A stretch of DNA of 32,883 bases from a virus (taxonomy: Duplodnaviria > Caudoviricetes). Under the pieces are notes generated by a model, which did not search any database, had not been told where the DNA came from, and saw only the letters and a program-made list of their open reading frames with translations. The translations under genes were made by a program, and so were the position numbers. Within the stretch, counting starts at the first letter, position 1, and every line of letters starts with the position of its first letter. Shown one piece after another: positions 1 through 8,052 of the stretch. The stretch covers positions 1-32,883 of IMG/VR virus record IMGVR_UViG_3300037423_002342; one strand, 5' to 3'.

Positions 1-2
1 TG

Positions 3-1049
3 TTCTACGCAGGCATCCTGGCCTGGGAGAAAGCCCAAAAGGGCGAGCCGTCCGGCTATCCGATCTCGCTCGACGCCACCGCCTCCGGGATCCAGATCCT
101 GGCCGTGCTGGCCGGAGACCGCAAGGCCGCAGAGCTGTGCAACGTGGTCGACACCGGCCGTCGGGAGGACGCCTACACCAACCTGTATCAGCACATGGTC
201 GACCAGCTCGGCGACACCGCCAAGATCGACCGCAAGCAGACCAAGCAGAGCATCATGACCAGCTTCTACGGCTCGACCGCCACGCCCAAACGGGTGTTCG
301 GCGAGGGTCAGCTGCTCGACCTGTTCTACAGCACCATGAAGGAGCGCGCTCCCGGAGCCTGGGAGATCAACGAGACCATGCTGGCGATCTGGGACAACAC
401 CGCGCTGAAGTACGGCTGGGTGATGCCGGACAACTTCCACGTCGAACTGAAGGTGATGGGCGACGTCGTCGACACCGTCCACTTCCTCAACGAGCCGTTC
501 GAGGTGCGCTACGCGGTCAACACGCCGATCGACGGCGGCCGCTCGCTGGGGGCCAACCTGGTTCACAGCCTGGACGGCATGGTGGTGCGGGAGATGGGCC
601 GTCGCTGCATGTACGATCCTGAGCGGATCAAGGCCCTGAAGAAGGCCCTGGAAAAGGGTCCATGGGGCGTCTCGACCACCCGGAGCCAGGACCAGATGGT
701 GCAGACCCTGTGGAAGCACTACGAACAGTCCGGCTTCCTATCGGCCCGCATCCTCGACCACCTGGATCGGGCCAACCTGGGTCATGTCAGCCACCCGCCG
801 CTCCAGAAGCTCCTCGCCAGCCTGCCGAAGAAGCCGTTCCAGCTGATCGCCATCCACGACTGCTTCCGTTGCCTGCCCAACTACGGCAACGACCTGCGGC
901 GGCAGTACAACCAGCTGCTGGCCGAGCTCGCCGAGAGCCGGATGCTGAGCCATCTGGTCTCCCAGATCGTGCGACGTCCGGTCACGGTGGAGAAGCTGGA
1001 TCCCAACCTGGGAGCCTCTATCCGCCAGGCCAACTACGCCCTATCTTGA
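3..1049 (+). CDS. N4-like RNA polymerase II subunit 2 (T7-like RNAP catalytic half; N4 gp16-like), 5'-truncated by window edge
   Basis: The frame is open from nt 3 (FYAGILAWEKAQKGEPSGYPISLDATASGIQILAV...). It contains motif A DATASGIQ, motif B RKQTKQSIMTSFYG, ANLVHSLDG and motif C IHDCF of single-subunit RNAPs. Confidence 0.92.
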   Translation, partial: FYAGILAWEKAQKGEPSGYPISLDATASGIQILAVLAGDRKAAELCNVVDTGRREDAYTNLYQHMVDQLGDTAKIDRKQTKQSIMTSFYGSTATPKRVFGEGQLLDLFYSTMKERAPGAWEINETMLAIWDNTALKYGWVMPDNFHVELKVMGDVVDTVHFLNEPFEVRYAVNTPIDGGRSLGANLVHSLDGMVVREMGRRCMYDPERIKALKKALEKGPWGVSTTRSQDQMVQTLWKHYEQSGFLSARILDHLDRANLGHVSHPPLQKLLASLPKKPFQLIAIHDCFRCLPNYGNDLRRQYNQLLAELAESRMLSHLVSQIVRRPVTVEKLDPNLGASIRQANYALS

Positions 1050-1072
1050 AGCGGATGACATGATGCCTCTGC

Positions 1073-1104
1073 GCCCCTGAGCCTTCTGGTTCAGGGGCTT
1101 TTTT
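1073..1104 (+). terminator. Rho-independent terminator after RNAPII subunit gene
   Basis: Hairpin GCCCCTGAGCC-TTCT-GGTTCAGGGGC (one G-U pair) followed by TTTTTT. Confidence 0.85.
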
Positions 1105-1170
1105 CTGGAACCAGAGAGACAAGCCCGCAGGCATCTAGAACGCTTTTCTCGGCGCGAAAGACATCACCCC

Positions 1171-1356
1171 ATGAAGAGTTTTCCGACCAGATTCGGCGAT
1201 CGACCTGATCGCAACCCGGACTGCTGCGAGGCCGACACCTTCGACGCCCGGATCCGGGAATTCCGGCAGTGCCGCCGCAAGCCCACGTACGCCACAACCC
1301 GGGGACGGCGGATCTGTTGCACCCACTACGATCGGCTGGAACAGCAGGATCGATAG
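1171..1356 (+). CDS. Small Cys/His-rich hypothetical protein (61 aa), possible Zn-binding
   Basis: Fills the gap between the terminator and the next gene. Pattern CC...QCRRK...CCTH. Confidence 0.5.
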   Translation: MKSFPTRFGDRPDRNPDCCEADTFDARIREFRQCRRKPTYATTRGRRICCTHYDRLEQQDR

Positions 1357-1375
1357 CCCAAGGATTAATAAGAAA

Positions 1376-2446
1376 ATGAGCGACCCAATTCTCTATAAAT
1401 GCACGCCGCGTCAGGCGCGTCGGTTCATCACCGAGGACATTCTCCCGGCGGGCCTGGTGCCGTTCGTCCACAGCTCGCCCGGGATGGGCAAGAGCGCAAT
1501 GATGCACAGCATCGCCGACGAATATCAGCTGCAGCTGATCGACCACCGGCTCAGCACCTCGACCCCGGAGGATCTCTCCGGCCTGCCGGATTTCAACCGC
1601 GACCTGGACGTCCCCACCGCCACCTTCCGGCCGTTCGACACCTTCCCGGTGGAATCCACGCCGGTCCCGGCGGGCAAGCAGGGCTGGCTGCTGTTCCTCG
1701 ACGAGGCCAACTCGGCGACCAAGAACGTGCAGGCGGCCAGCTATAAGCTGGTGCTCGACAAGCAGGTCGGCCAGCACAAGCTGAATCCGCGGGTGGCCGT
1801 CGCCATGGCCGGGAACCTGACCACCGACCGGGCCATCGTCACCTCGCTGTCGACCGCCATGCAGTCGCGCATCGTCCACCTAGAGCTGGAGCTCGATCTC
1901 CGGGAATTCCTGGAGGACGTGGCCATTCCGAAGGGCTGGGACGGCCGGATCCTCGGCTACCTCAGCTACAAGGGTCTACCCGCCCTGCACGACTTCCGGC
2001 CCGACCACGACGACAAGACCTTCAACTGCCCGCGGACCTGGGAGTTCATGAACCGGCTGATCCAGGGCAAGAAGGTCACCGAAGAGAAGGCCGCGCTCTA
2101 CGCCGGGACCATCACCTCCGGCACCGCGGCCGACTTCGTTACCTACTGTCTGGTGGCCGAGAACCTGCCCAAGTTCCGCGACATTGTCGGCGATCCGGAA
2201 GGCATGTTCCTGCCCACCGATCCGCCGACCCGCTGGAACACCGTCACCCACCTGATGGAGCACGTCGACGACGACACCTTTGCGCCGGTGGCCGCCTACG
2301 TGAACCGGCTCCCGGCCGAATTCCGGGTGCTGTTCTTCCGGGCGCTGCAGATCCGCAAACCCAAGCTCAGGGAGCATCCAGTGTTCCGGAAGGCCCTGCT
2401 CGAACTGTCGAGGTATCTGCATGACGACCTCCCCACCGCGGCCTGA
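1376..2446 (+). CDS. AAA+ ATPase (MoxR/AAA_5-like; N4 gp24-like)
   Basis: Walker A SSPGMGKS, Walker B LLFLDE, AGN sensor and AMQSR Arg-finger region, CPRTW. Adjacent to a vWA partner. Confidence 0.88.
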   Translation: MSDPILYKCTPRQARRFITEDILPAGLVPFVHSSPGMGKSAMMHSIADEYQLQLIDHRLSTSTPEDLSGLPDFNRDLDVPTATFRPFDTFPVESTPVPAGKQGWLLFLDEANSATKNVQAASYKLVLDKQVGQHKLNPRVAVAMAGNLTTDRAIVTSLSTAMQSRIVHLELELDLREFLEDVAIPKGWDGRILGYLSYKGLPALHDFRPDHDDKTFNCPRTWEFMNRLIQGKKVTEEKAALYAGTITSGTAADFVTYCLVAENLPKFRDIVGDPEGMFLPTDPPTRWNTVTHLMEHVDDDTFAPVAAYVNRLPAEFRVLFFRALQIRKPKLREHPVFRKALLELSRYLHDDLPTAA

Positions 2447-3629
2447 GCTGGATCCCCGCCAACTCGACCAGATGCTCGACCGGGTGAAGACGAAAGTCTT
2501 CCTCGGCAAACGGGCCGCTTTCCTGGCTCCGCTGATGTGCGGCCTGAACATTCTGTGGGACGGAACCATCCCCACCGCCTGCACCGACGGACTGGAGATC
2601 CGCATCAATCCCCGCTGGTTCACCCTGCTGCCGGAAGCCACCCGGATGACCGTGCTGATGCACGAGCTCGACCATGTGGCCAAGCTGGTGGTGCTGCGCC
2701 GCGGTGATCGGGATCCGGTGCTTTGGAACCAGGCGGTCGACTACAATACCAACGGCGAGCTCGACGACCAGGGCTACAGCTTCGAGGGCTGCTTTCCGGC
2801 AGAATTATTCCCGCCGCATCCGATCACCGGAGAGCGGCTTCGGCCTTGCCTGGATCACCAGTACGACGGTATGGCCGCGGAGCAGATCTACGACGCGCTC
2901 GTGCAGCTAAGCCCCTATCAGAAGGAGCGGCTGCAGCGGCAATTCCAGCCGGATATCGTCGAGAACCCGCAGAAGCCGGTCGATCCGCATAAGCTGATCA
3001 ACACGGTGGTCGCCGCGGTCCATTCAGCCACGTTAAACAAGAAGGCCGGGGACATCCCCGGCGAGGTGCAGCAGACGCTGAAGAAGTTCCTGAAGCCGAA
3101 GCTGCCCTGGCGACAGCTGCTGCAGCAGTTCCTCACTCAACTGCTGGACCAGGACTACAGCTGGCGACGGCCCAACCGCCGCTACCTGAGCCAGGGAGCT
3201 TATCTGCCCTCGCTGATGGACGACGATGGCGGGCTGGAGCACCTGGCCTACTACTTCGACACCTCGGCCTCGGTAACCGATCCGCAGGTGGTCCGCTTTA
3301 ACTCCGAGGTGAAGCACATCAAGGAGAGCTTCAGGCCCCAGAAGCTCACCCTGGTGCAGTTCGATCGGCGGATCCAGAAGGAGACCGTCTACCTGGAGGA
3401 CGATCCGTTCGACTGTCTGGAGGTACAAGGCCGCGGCGGCACCAGCCTGGTCTGCGTGCGCGAACACATCATCGAACACAGGCCGACCGCGGTGGTGGTG
3501 TTCTCCGATCTGGAATGCGCTCCGATGGAGAAGCTGCCCGCCGGGCTGAACATCCCCATCCTCTGGGTCTGCATCGACAACGAGCACGCCCAGGTAAACG
3601 AGGGCCAGCTCATCCACATCAAGGAGTGA
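2421..3629 (+). CDS. Putative metallopeptidase + vWA domain protein (DUF2201-like; N4 gp25-like)
   Basis: PTACTDG, HExxH (HELDH), YSWRRPNRR, MIDAS-like DTSAS, GRGGT and VVFSD. Overlaps the ATPase 3' end. Confidence 0.88.
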   Translation: MTTSPPRPELDPRQLDQMLDRVKTKVFLGKRAAFLAPLMCGLNILWDGTIPTACTDGLEIRINPRWFTLLPEATRMTVLMHELDHVAKLVVLRRGDRDPVLWNQAVDYNTNGELDDQGYSFEGCFPAELFPPHPITGERLRPCLDHQYDGMAAEQIYDALVQLSPYQKERLQRQFQPDIVENPQKPVDPHKLINTVVAAVHSATLNKKAGDIPGEVQQTLKKFLKPKLPWRQLLQQFLTQLLDQDYSWRRPNRRYLSQGAYLPSLMDDDGGLEHLAYYFDTSASVTDPQVVRFNSEVKHIKESFRPQKLTLVQFDRRIQKETVYLEDDPFDCLEVQGRGGTSLVCVREHIIEHRPTAVVVFSDLECAPMEKLPAGLNIPILWVCIDNEHAQVNEGQLIHIKE

Positions 3630-3631
3630 AC

Positions 3632-3838
3632 ATGCGAGTCACCAGCATGACCCCGCACACCCAGGGAGTCTTTAAAACCAACGGCTACAGGGTCGTCCAC
3701 ACCGAGACCGGAGGTCCCGGCACTGGAAAGACCCAACGGGCTTTGGAGGAGGCCAAACGTCTGGAAGTCGAAGGCAAACAGGTTTTCGTCGAGGAAGACG
3801 AAGCCGCATCCACCGTCAGAGTCTGGGTGAAAATATGA
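3632..3838 (+). CDS. Small hypothetical protein (68 aa) containing a Walker A-like GGPGTGKT
   Basis: AAGGAG RBS at 3621-3626, ATG at 3632. The stop overlaps the next ATG (ATGA). Confidence 0.65.
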   Translation: MRVTSMTPHTQGVFKTNGYRVVHTETGGPGTGKTQRALEEAKRLEVEGKQVFVEEDEAASTVRVWVKI

Positions 3839-4002
3839 CGTTCAAGCCTGGATTGAAGCGCCTGGTCGAGGAATTCGAACAGGCGGTGAGGGAGCACGAG
3901 ATCCGGGGCTGCAGACACCCCCAGGACGTGCCGGGAATCGAACGAGAGTACGAGCGGACCAAAGCCGCTCTCCTGGATTATGGAGAAAATCGTGGTCGTT
4001 AA
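3835..4002 (+). CDS. Hypothetical protein (55 aa, MTFKPGLKRLVEEFEQAVREHEIRG...), not in ORF track
   Basis: Translated by hand. ATGA overlap with the previous stop; TAA at 4000-4002 overlaps the start of dCTP deaminase. Confidence 0.6.
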   Translation: MTFKPGLKRLVEEFEQAVREHEIRGCRHPQDVPGIEREYERTKAALLDYGENRGR

Positions 4003-4441
4003 CGGTGAAGATCTGCTGATGCAGGCTCCGCTGAAGGGCATGCTGCCGAGCAAGGAGAGACGCTTCGGCGTCTCTCACGGTCTAGGCGAAGCGGGATACG
4101 ACATCCGCATCAAGCAGGATGTGTTGCTACACCCGTTTCGGAGGTTCCGCCTGGCTTCGTCGATGGAGTATTTCGATATGCCGGACGACCTGGTGGCTGT
4201 AGTTCATGACAAATCGTCATGGGCTCGCCAGGGTGTGTCAGTATTCAATTCGGTAATCGAACCGGGTTGGGAGGGGTGGCTTACAATTGAGCTTGCCTAC
4301 CATCGCTGGAAGCCTTTGTTCATCCCAGCCGGGGCAGGGATCGCTCAGATCATCTTCCATAAGCTGTCCGAGACGGCGGCCTATACAGGCCGCTATCAGC
4401 ACCAGCCAGACAGGCCTGTCCCCGCTATCGCCGCAGAATGA
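3992..4441 (+). CDS. dcd: dCTP deaminase / trimeric dUTPase-superfamily enzyme (N4 gp26-like)
   Basis: Motifs AGYDIR, DKSSWARQG, VIEPGWEGWLTIEL, IAQIIF and YTGRYQHQ. GTG start at 3992 follows GGAG at 3982 (ATG 3980 is an in-frame alternative). Confidence 0.88.
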   Translation: MVVNGEDLLMQAPLKGMLPSKERRFGVSHGLGEAGYDIRIKQDVLLHPFRRFRLASSMEYFDMPDDLVAVVHDKSSWARQGVSVFNSVIEPGWEGWLTIELAYHRWKPLFIPAGAGIAQIIFHKLSETAAYTGRYQHQPDRPVPAIAAE

Positions 4442-4506
4442 CTCTTGTACCGACTGTGATAGATCTCCTCGACTGGGAATATGAGGAAGGACTTCCCGAT
4501 GCCTGA
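4438..4506 (+). CDS. Putative 22-aa micro-ORF (MTLVPTVIDLLDWEYEEGLPDA)
   Basis: ATGA overlap with the dcd stop. Its own stop overlaps the next start (ATGCCTGA). Confidence 0.35.
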   Translation: MTLVPTVIDLLDWEYEEGLPDA

Positions 4507-4639
4507 CATCGACGACGAATACGACGAGGAATTCGACGAGCCGTTTGCAGTCCATGACTACGACGGTCCCGGACAAGATGACTTGGACTACGAGGAAGGT
4601 CAGCTCGAAGACGACTGGCGAGAGCGGGAGATGGACTGA
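4499..4639 (+). CDS. Highly acidic 46-aa protein (MPDIDDEYDEEFDEPFAVHDYDGPGQDDLDYEEGQLEDDWREREMD), not in ORF track
   Basis: Translated by hand. GAGGAAGGA RBS upstream, TGATG overlap with the next gene, 22 of 46 residues D/E. Confidence 0.65.
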   Translation: MPDIDDEYDEEFDEPFAVHDYDGPGQDDLDYEEGQLEDDWREREMD

Positions 4640-5001
4640 TGAGCTACTTACGGGTGATCCCTCGGGATCTGTTCAACGAGGCCAATCTACTCAAGTGTCT
4701 CGGACGTCTATCGATCCTATGTGATCCGTTCGAGGGCACAGGGTTTGAGGACTATGTGGAAGGTGGTTTCCAAATAGAACAGGATCCGAATTCTGGTGCC
4801 ATCTCAGTAGCGAACCTTGAATTTTTTGTTCGCATGGAAAGACATAGTTTGTTTCGACCACTGAACAGCCGTCGAAGCTGGCCTCTGTACCTGCAAACCC
4901 CTGACGAGGACATCCTCGTCTTCGACGACGACGGGAACCTATCCCAGGAAATGCTGAGCTACATCAATGAGCTACGAACAACGACGACAGGAGGACGATA
5001 G
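4639..5001 (+). CDS. Phage hypothetical protein (120 aa, MSYLRVIPRDLFNEANLLKCLGRL...)
   Basis: GGGAG RBS and TGATG coupling. Codon usage is less GC-biased than in core genes. Confidence 0.75.
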   Translation: MSYLRVIPRDLFNEANLLKCLGRLSILCDPFEGTGFEDYVEGGFQIEQDPNSGAISVANLEFFVRMERHSLFRPLNSRRSWPLYLQTPDEDILVFDDDGNLSQEMLSYINELRTTTTGGR

Positions 5002-5167
5002 GATCCTCGCTGTCTGGAACCAAGTGCGGGAAGAATCCGCCGACACCGGAACACTGAAGGCGATCGACTACGCCGTCGAGATGACCCGCGCTAAGTGCGG
5101 GGTCGAATACGGCCGCGTGATCGACGCTCTGGAGAGCGACGCCCGTCGTCGGGGAGTGCTCCTATGA
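4967..5167 (+). CDS. Hypothetical protein (66 aa)
   Basis: AGGA upstream. The stop overlaps the next ATG (ATGA at 5164). Confidence 0.6.
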   Translation: MSYEQRRQEDDRILAVWNQVREESADTGTLKAIDYAVEMTRAKCGVEYGRVIDALESDARRRGVLL

Positions 5168-5487
5168 TCGACACCGATAAGGCTCTGGAGATTATCAAGA
5201 AAATCCAGAGCCAGTACGAAGCGGGCTACGCCGACGACACCCTGGCGAAGACGCTGACGATGGAGTTGGGCAGCCTGGTCCCCTCGGACTTCGCCGAGGC
5301 GACCCTGCACTTCGCCGCTCGTCAAGATCCGACGCTGAGCCATTATGTCTCTGCCGCCCAGACCAAGACGAAGGAGGGCGACCTAGAGATCGACGACAGC
5401 GCCATCGTCTCCAAAGGCGACGACAGCGGAGCCTATGTCATGGCCTGGCTCTGGGTCGGCGATCTGGAGCTGGAAGAGGAACCATGA
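5164..5487 (+). CDS. Hypothetical protein (107 aa, C-terminal EIDDSAIVSKGDDSGAYVMAWLWV)
   Basis: GGGGAG RBS; ATGA coupling at both ends. Confidence 0.75.
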   Translation: MIDTDKALEIIKKIQSQYEAGYADDTLAKTLTMELGSLVPSDFAEATLHFAARQDPTLSHYVSAAQTKTKEGDLEIDDSAIVSKGDDSGAYVMAWLWVGDLELEEEP

Positions 5488-5765
5488 GTCGGGAAAACCA
5501 ATCCGTAGTCATGCGCTGCGTCGGATTCGCCAACGGTCTGCCGTGTCCGGTCGCCGGTCAGTGGCTGAAGAGCTACGACCCGGAGGCTCACGACGGTCAG
5601 GGCGACGCGGTGTTCACCGACAAGATCCAGGAAGCCTGGGTCTTTTCGTCGATGACCGACGCTCTGGCCACCTGGCGGGCGGTGCCCAAGGCCAGGCCGT
5701 TCCGTCCGGACGGCAAACCCAACCGGCCGCTGACCACCTTCACCGTGGAGTTCAGCAAGCTATGA
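5484..5765 (+). CDS. Hypothetical protein (93 aa)
   Basis: GAGGA RBS; ATGA coupling at both ends. Confidence 0.75.
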   Translation: MSRENQSVVMRCVGFANGLPCPVAGQWLKSYDPEAHDGQGDAVFTDKIQEAWVFSSMTDALATWRAVPKARPFRPDGKPNRPLTTFTVEFSKL

Positions 5766-5962
5766 CCCGAACACAACTGGTGGAACGGGTCCTCTACACC
5801 ACCCAGGATCCGACCGTCACCATGAACGCCAAGCCGCTCCCCGCCATGACGACCTTGCTGCACCGGGTCTGCGACAACGATCAGACCAGATTCAATGAGG
5901 CCGTTCGATTGATCGAGCTCTTCGTCGGGAAGGCGTTGGAAATCGCCAGGGAAAACCCATGA
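5762..5962 (+). CDS. Hypothetical protein (66 aa, MTRTQLVERV...)
   Basis: GGAG upstream; ATGA coupling at both ends. Confidence 0.7.
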   Translation: MTRTQLVERVLYTTQDPTVTMNAKPLPAMTTLLHRVCDNDQTRFNEAVRLIELFVGKALEIARENP

Positions 5963-6222
5963 AAGACTACCGCCCCGCTCCGCGGCTGGTGATCACCCTC
6001 AGCGGAGGTCTGGTCTCCAGCATCACCTCGGACAACGTCGACCTCTCTGGCGTCACCTGCTTCGTGCTCGACGAAGATACCGATGGAGCTGAGGACGACC
6101 AGCTGTTCCAGTTGGAGAACCACGGGATGGTGTTCCGCCAGGCGCGCGACATCACCCCCGCCACCGCAGAGGAGCACCGGATCTACGGAGCCATGCACCA
6201 GGACTGGATGATCATCCAATGA
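5959..6222 (+). CDS. Hypothetical protein (87 aa)
   Basis: AGGG RBS; ATGA coupling. Confidence 0.7.
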   Translation: MKDYRPAPRLVITLSGGLVSSITSDNVDLSGVTCFVLDEDTDGAEDDQLFQLENHGMVFRQARDITPATAEEHRIYGAMHQDWMIIQ

Positions 6223-6434
6223 AGCTCGGAGCCCTGAAGACCGCCATCCGCGTCCTGGACGGCCCGCCGAAGATCTACGTCCGGCTGGCCAACTACATGA
6301 TGCCGCTGGCCATCCAGAAGACCCCGTTCCTGGAGGTGCTGGACGCCGCCTTCACCGAAGGCCGGAACCAGGAGACCGGACTGTGGATCCGGGACGACGG
6401 CTTCATCATGTTGGAGGAGGACCGGCCGAAATGA
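6219..6434 (+). CDS. Hypothetical protein (71 aa)
   Basis: ATGA coupling at both ends; GC3-biased codons. Confidence 0.7.
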   Translation: MKLGALKTAIRVLDGPPKIYVRLANYMMPLAIQKTPFLEVLDAAFTEGRNQETGLWIRDDGFIMLEEDRPK

Positions 6435-6640
6435 CCGCCGAGCAGACCCCCTACGCCCAATGGCTGAAGCAGGTCGACGCCGAATGTCTGCGCCGTTTCC
6501 TGCTGCCCGCCACCGAGATACCCAACCACGAGCTGGTGCAGGCGTTCGGGTCGAACCAGGACCCTATCAAATTTGCCAAGGCCTGGGGCGACAGGCTCGA
6601 TTTAACCGACGTCGTCGAGGAGCCCTGGTTAGCCCCATGA
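6431..6640 (+). CDS. Hypothetical protein (69 aa, MTAEQTPYAQW...)
   Basis: GGAGGAGG RBS; ATGA coupling. Confidence 0.7.
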   Translation: MTAEQTPYAQWLKQVDAECLRRFLLPATEIPNHELVQAFGSNQDPIKFAKAWGDRLDLTDVVEEPWLAP

Positions 6641-6759
6641 GGGACCGCGAAGCCTTCTGGATCCTGCTGCTTATGGCGATCGGCCTGATCACTCTAGCGG
6701 TCACTATGGCCCTGCAGATCTACGAGATGGTGCGGGAGGGGATCCTCCCGCTCTACTGA
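6637..6759 (+). CDS. Small single-pass membrane protein (40 aa)
   Basis: ATGA coupling; hydrophobic segment FWILLLMAIGLITLAVTMALQIY. Confidence 0.65.
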   Translation: MRDREAFWILLLMAIGLITLAVTMALQIYEMVREGILPLY

Positions 6760-6777
6760 ACCAAGGAGAAGGTCTGC

Positions 6778-7056
6778 ATGGCCGACCTGGAAATCGAGAA
6801 ACTGATCGCCCTGTCGTCGGCCCACGTCGATCGGGTGACCATGGAGATGATCGCCGAGCACGACGCCGGGGTGATCGCCTATCCGAACGAATACGGGGCC
6901 TTCCTCTGGATCGGCGAACTGTTCGTCCTGGATCCGGAGAAGACGCCGGAAGACCTGGCCGCGGTGATCGAGTTCGCCCGCAGGCAGGACTGTGACTGGA
7001 TCAAGCTGGATCGGGACGGCCAGGTCTCGGACGAGCTCAAGACCTATGACTGGTGA
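6778..7056 (+). CDS. Hypothetical protein resembling DUF5983 family (92 aa)
   Basis: AAGGAG RBS. Pattern LSSAH...YGAFLW...PEDL..V.EFAR...CDWI.LDRDG...L.TYDW, recognised from memory. Confidence 0.7.
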   Translation: MADLEIEKLIALSSAHVDRVTMEMIAEHDAGVIAYPNEYGAFLWIGELFVLDPEKTPEDLAAVIEFARRQDCDWIKLDRDGQVSDELKTYDW

Positions 7057-7066
7057 GGAGACTCTA

Positions 7067-7369
7067 ATGCTGGACCGCATGAACAAGCTGGACGAGCTGA
7101 CCGTCGCCGAGGCGGTCGCCTCGGTCGGCCACGAGCTGACGAAGCTGTGCAAACGGCTCGACGAGATCTGGGAGCAGATGCCCGCGCATCTGATTCCCCG
7201 CTTCGACCGGGCGCATAACGCCGCCGGGCTCTATTATCTGGTTCCTTCGGCATTGGTCGCCGAGGCCGACAAGCTGAAGGCCGTGATCGAGGCTCAGGAA
7301 GCCGCCGCGGCCCTTTGCGAGGCCCAGGCCGGGGGAAACGTCGTGGCCCTTCGGCCACAGCCGACCTGA
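7067..7369 (+). CDS. Hypothetical protein (100 aa, helical)
   Basis: GAGGAG RBS at 7055-7060, ATG at 7067. Confidence 0.72.
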   Translation: MLDRMNKLDELTVAEAVASVGHELTKLCKRLDEIWEQMPAHLIPRFDRAHNAAGLYYLVPSALVAEADKLKAVIEAQEAAAALCEAQAGGNVVALRPQPT

Positions 7370-7495
7370 AACCTGTCTAAAAGCCGTCGGGCCGTTTTCT
7401 CCATAAAACCCTTGCATAAAAGGGATTCCACTATTTCAGGATCTAAAATCCAAAATAGGCCCGGATTGTCGCCGGAACCAATTTCAGCATTATCC

Positions 7496-7667
7496 ATTAT
7501 CCGCTGCGGCGACAGTCAGAGCGGCGTCCGGTCCGAGCCGGGCCCCGCGGCGGATGATCCCCGAATCCGGCACCCGTCGCCAGCGTGCCTGTACGGCAGG
7601 CCTGTGCGTCACACGCGCGTCAGTCCCCCGCCCGGTTTTCCGTGGTCCGGTTCGGCGGGCGGGGGAC
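7496..7667. ncRNA. Candidate structured non-coding element A
   Basis: 14-bp stem 7496-7509/7545-7558 (two G-U on + strand), small hairpins at 7587-7601 and 7604-7618, and a perfect 12-bp inverted repeat 7623-7634/7656-7667. No convincing ORF. Confidence 0.4.
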
Positions 7668-7752
7668 ACCTAATATCTCGAAAATCCTGGGCTTGATTCA
7701 GAATAGGACCAAGCTTTAAAAGCGGACATAATTTCGAGTGAGAAACCCAAAA

Positions 7753-8052
7753 ATGTCCTCCGGCAGAAACAAGAAAATCGACGACGACAGGCTGATCGGC
7801 TTCAACTCCGTCGGCCTGTCCCTGGGCGAGACCGCCGAACGCCTCGGCGTCCACCACACGACGGTGACCCACGCCCTGAAAGGCTTGGGGATTCCGCCCG
7901 CCGACACCCGGCGCTCGTTCATGGGCGACGTGTTCAACGGTCTCACCGAGGCGCAGCAGGAATGGCTGATCCAGCAGCTCGGGCCCGGCCTGTCGGTGAA
8001 GGACTTCGTGCGCGGGCTGATCGTGCAGAAGTACGTCAGCCAGGCCCGCTGA
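7753..8052 (+). CDS. Helix-turn-helix DNA-binding protein (99 aa)
   Basis: HTH signature GLSLGETAERLGVHHTTVTHALKGLG followed by PADTRRSFM. AT-rich upstream region; GTG 7738 is an in-frame alternative start. Confidence 0.8.
   Translation: MSSGRNKKIDDDRLIGFNSVGLSLGETAERLGVHHTTVTHALKGLGIPPADTRRSFMGDVFNGLTEAQQEWLIQQLGPGLSVKDFVRGLIVQKYVSQAR

Noticed and set aside
7412-7696. 94-aa ORF across the 7.4-7.7 kb intergenic block
   Set aside because: TTG start without an RBS, atypical codon usage and a Pro/Gly/Ser-rich translation. The region is better explained as structured non-coding sequence.
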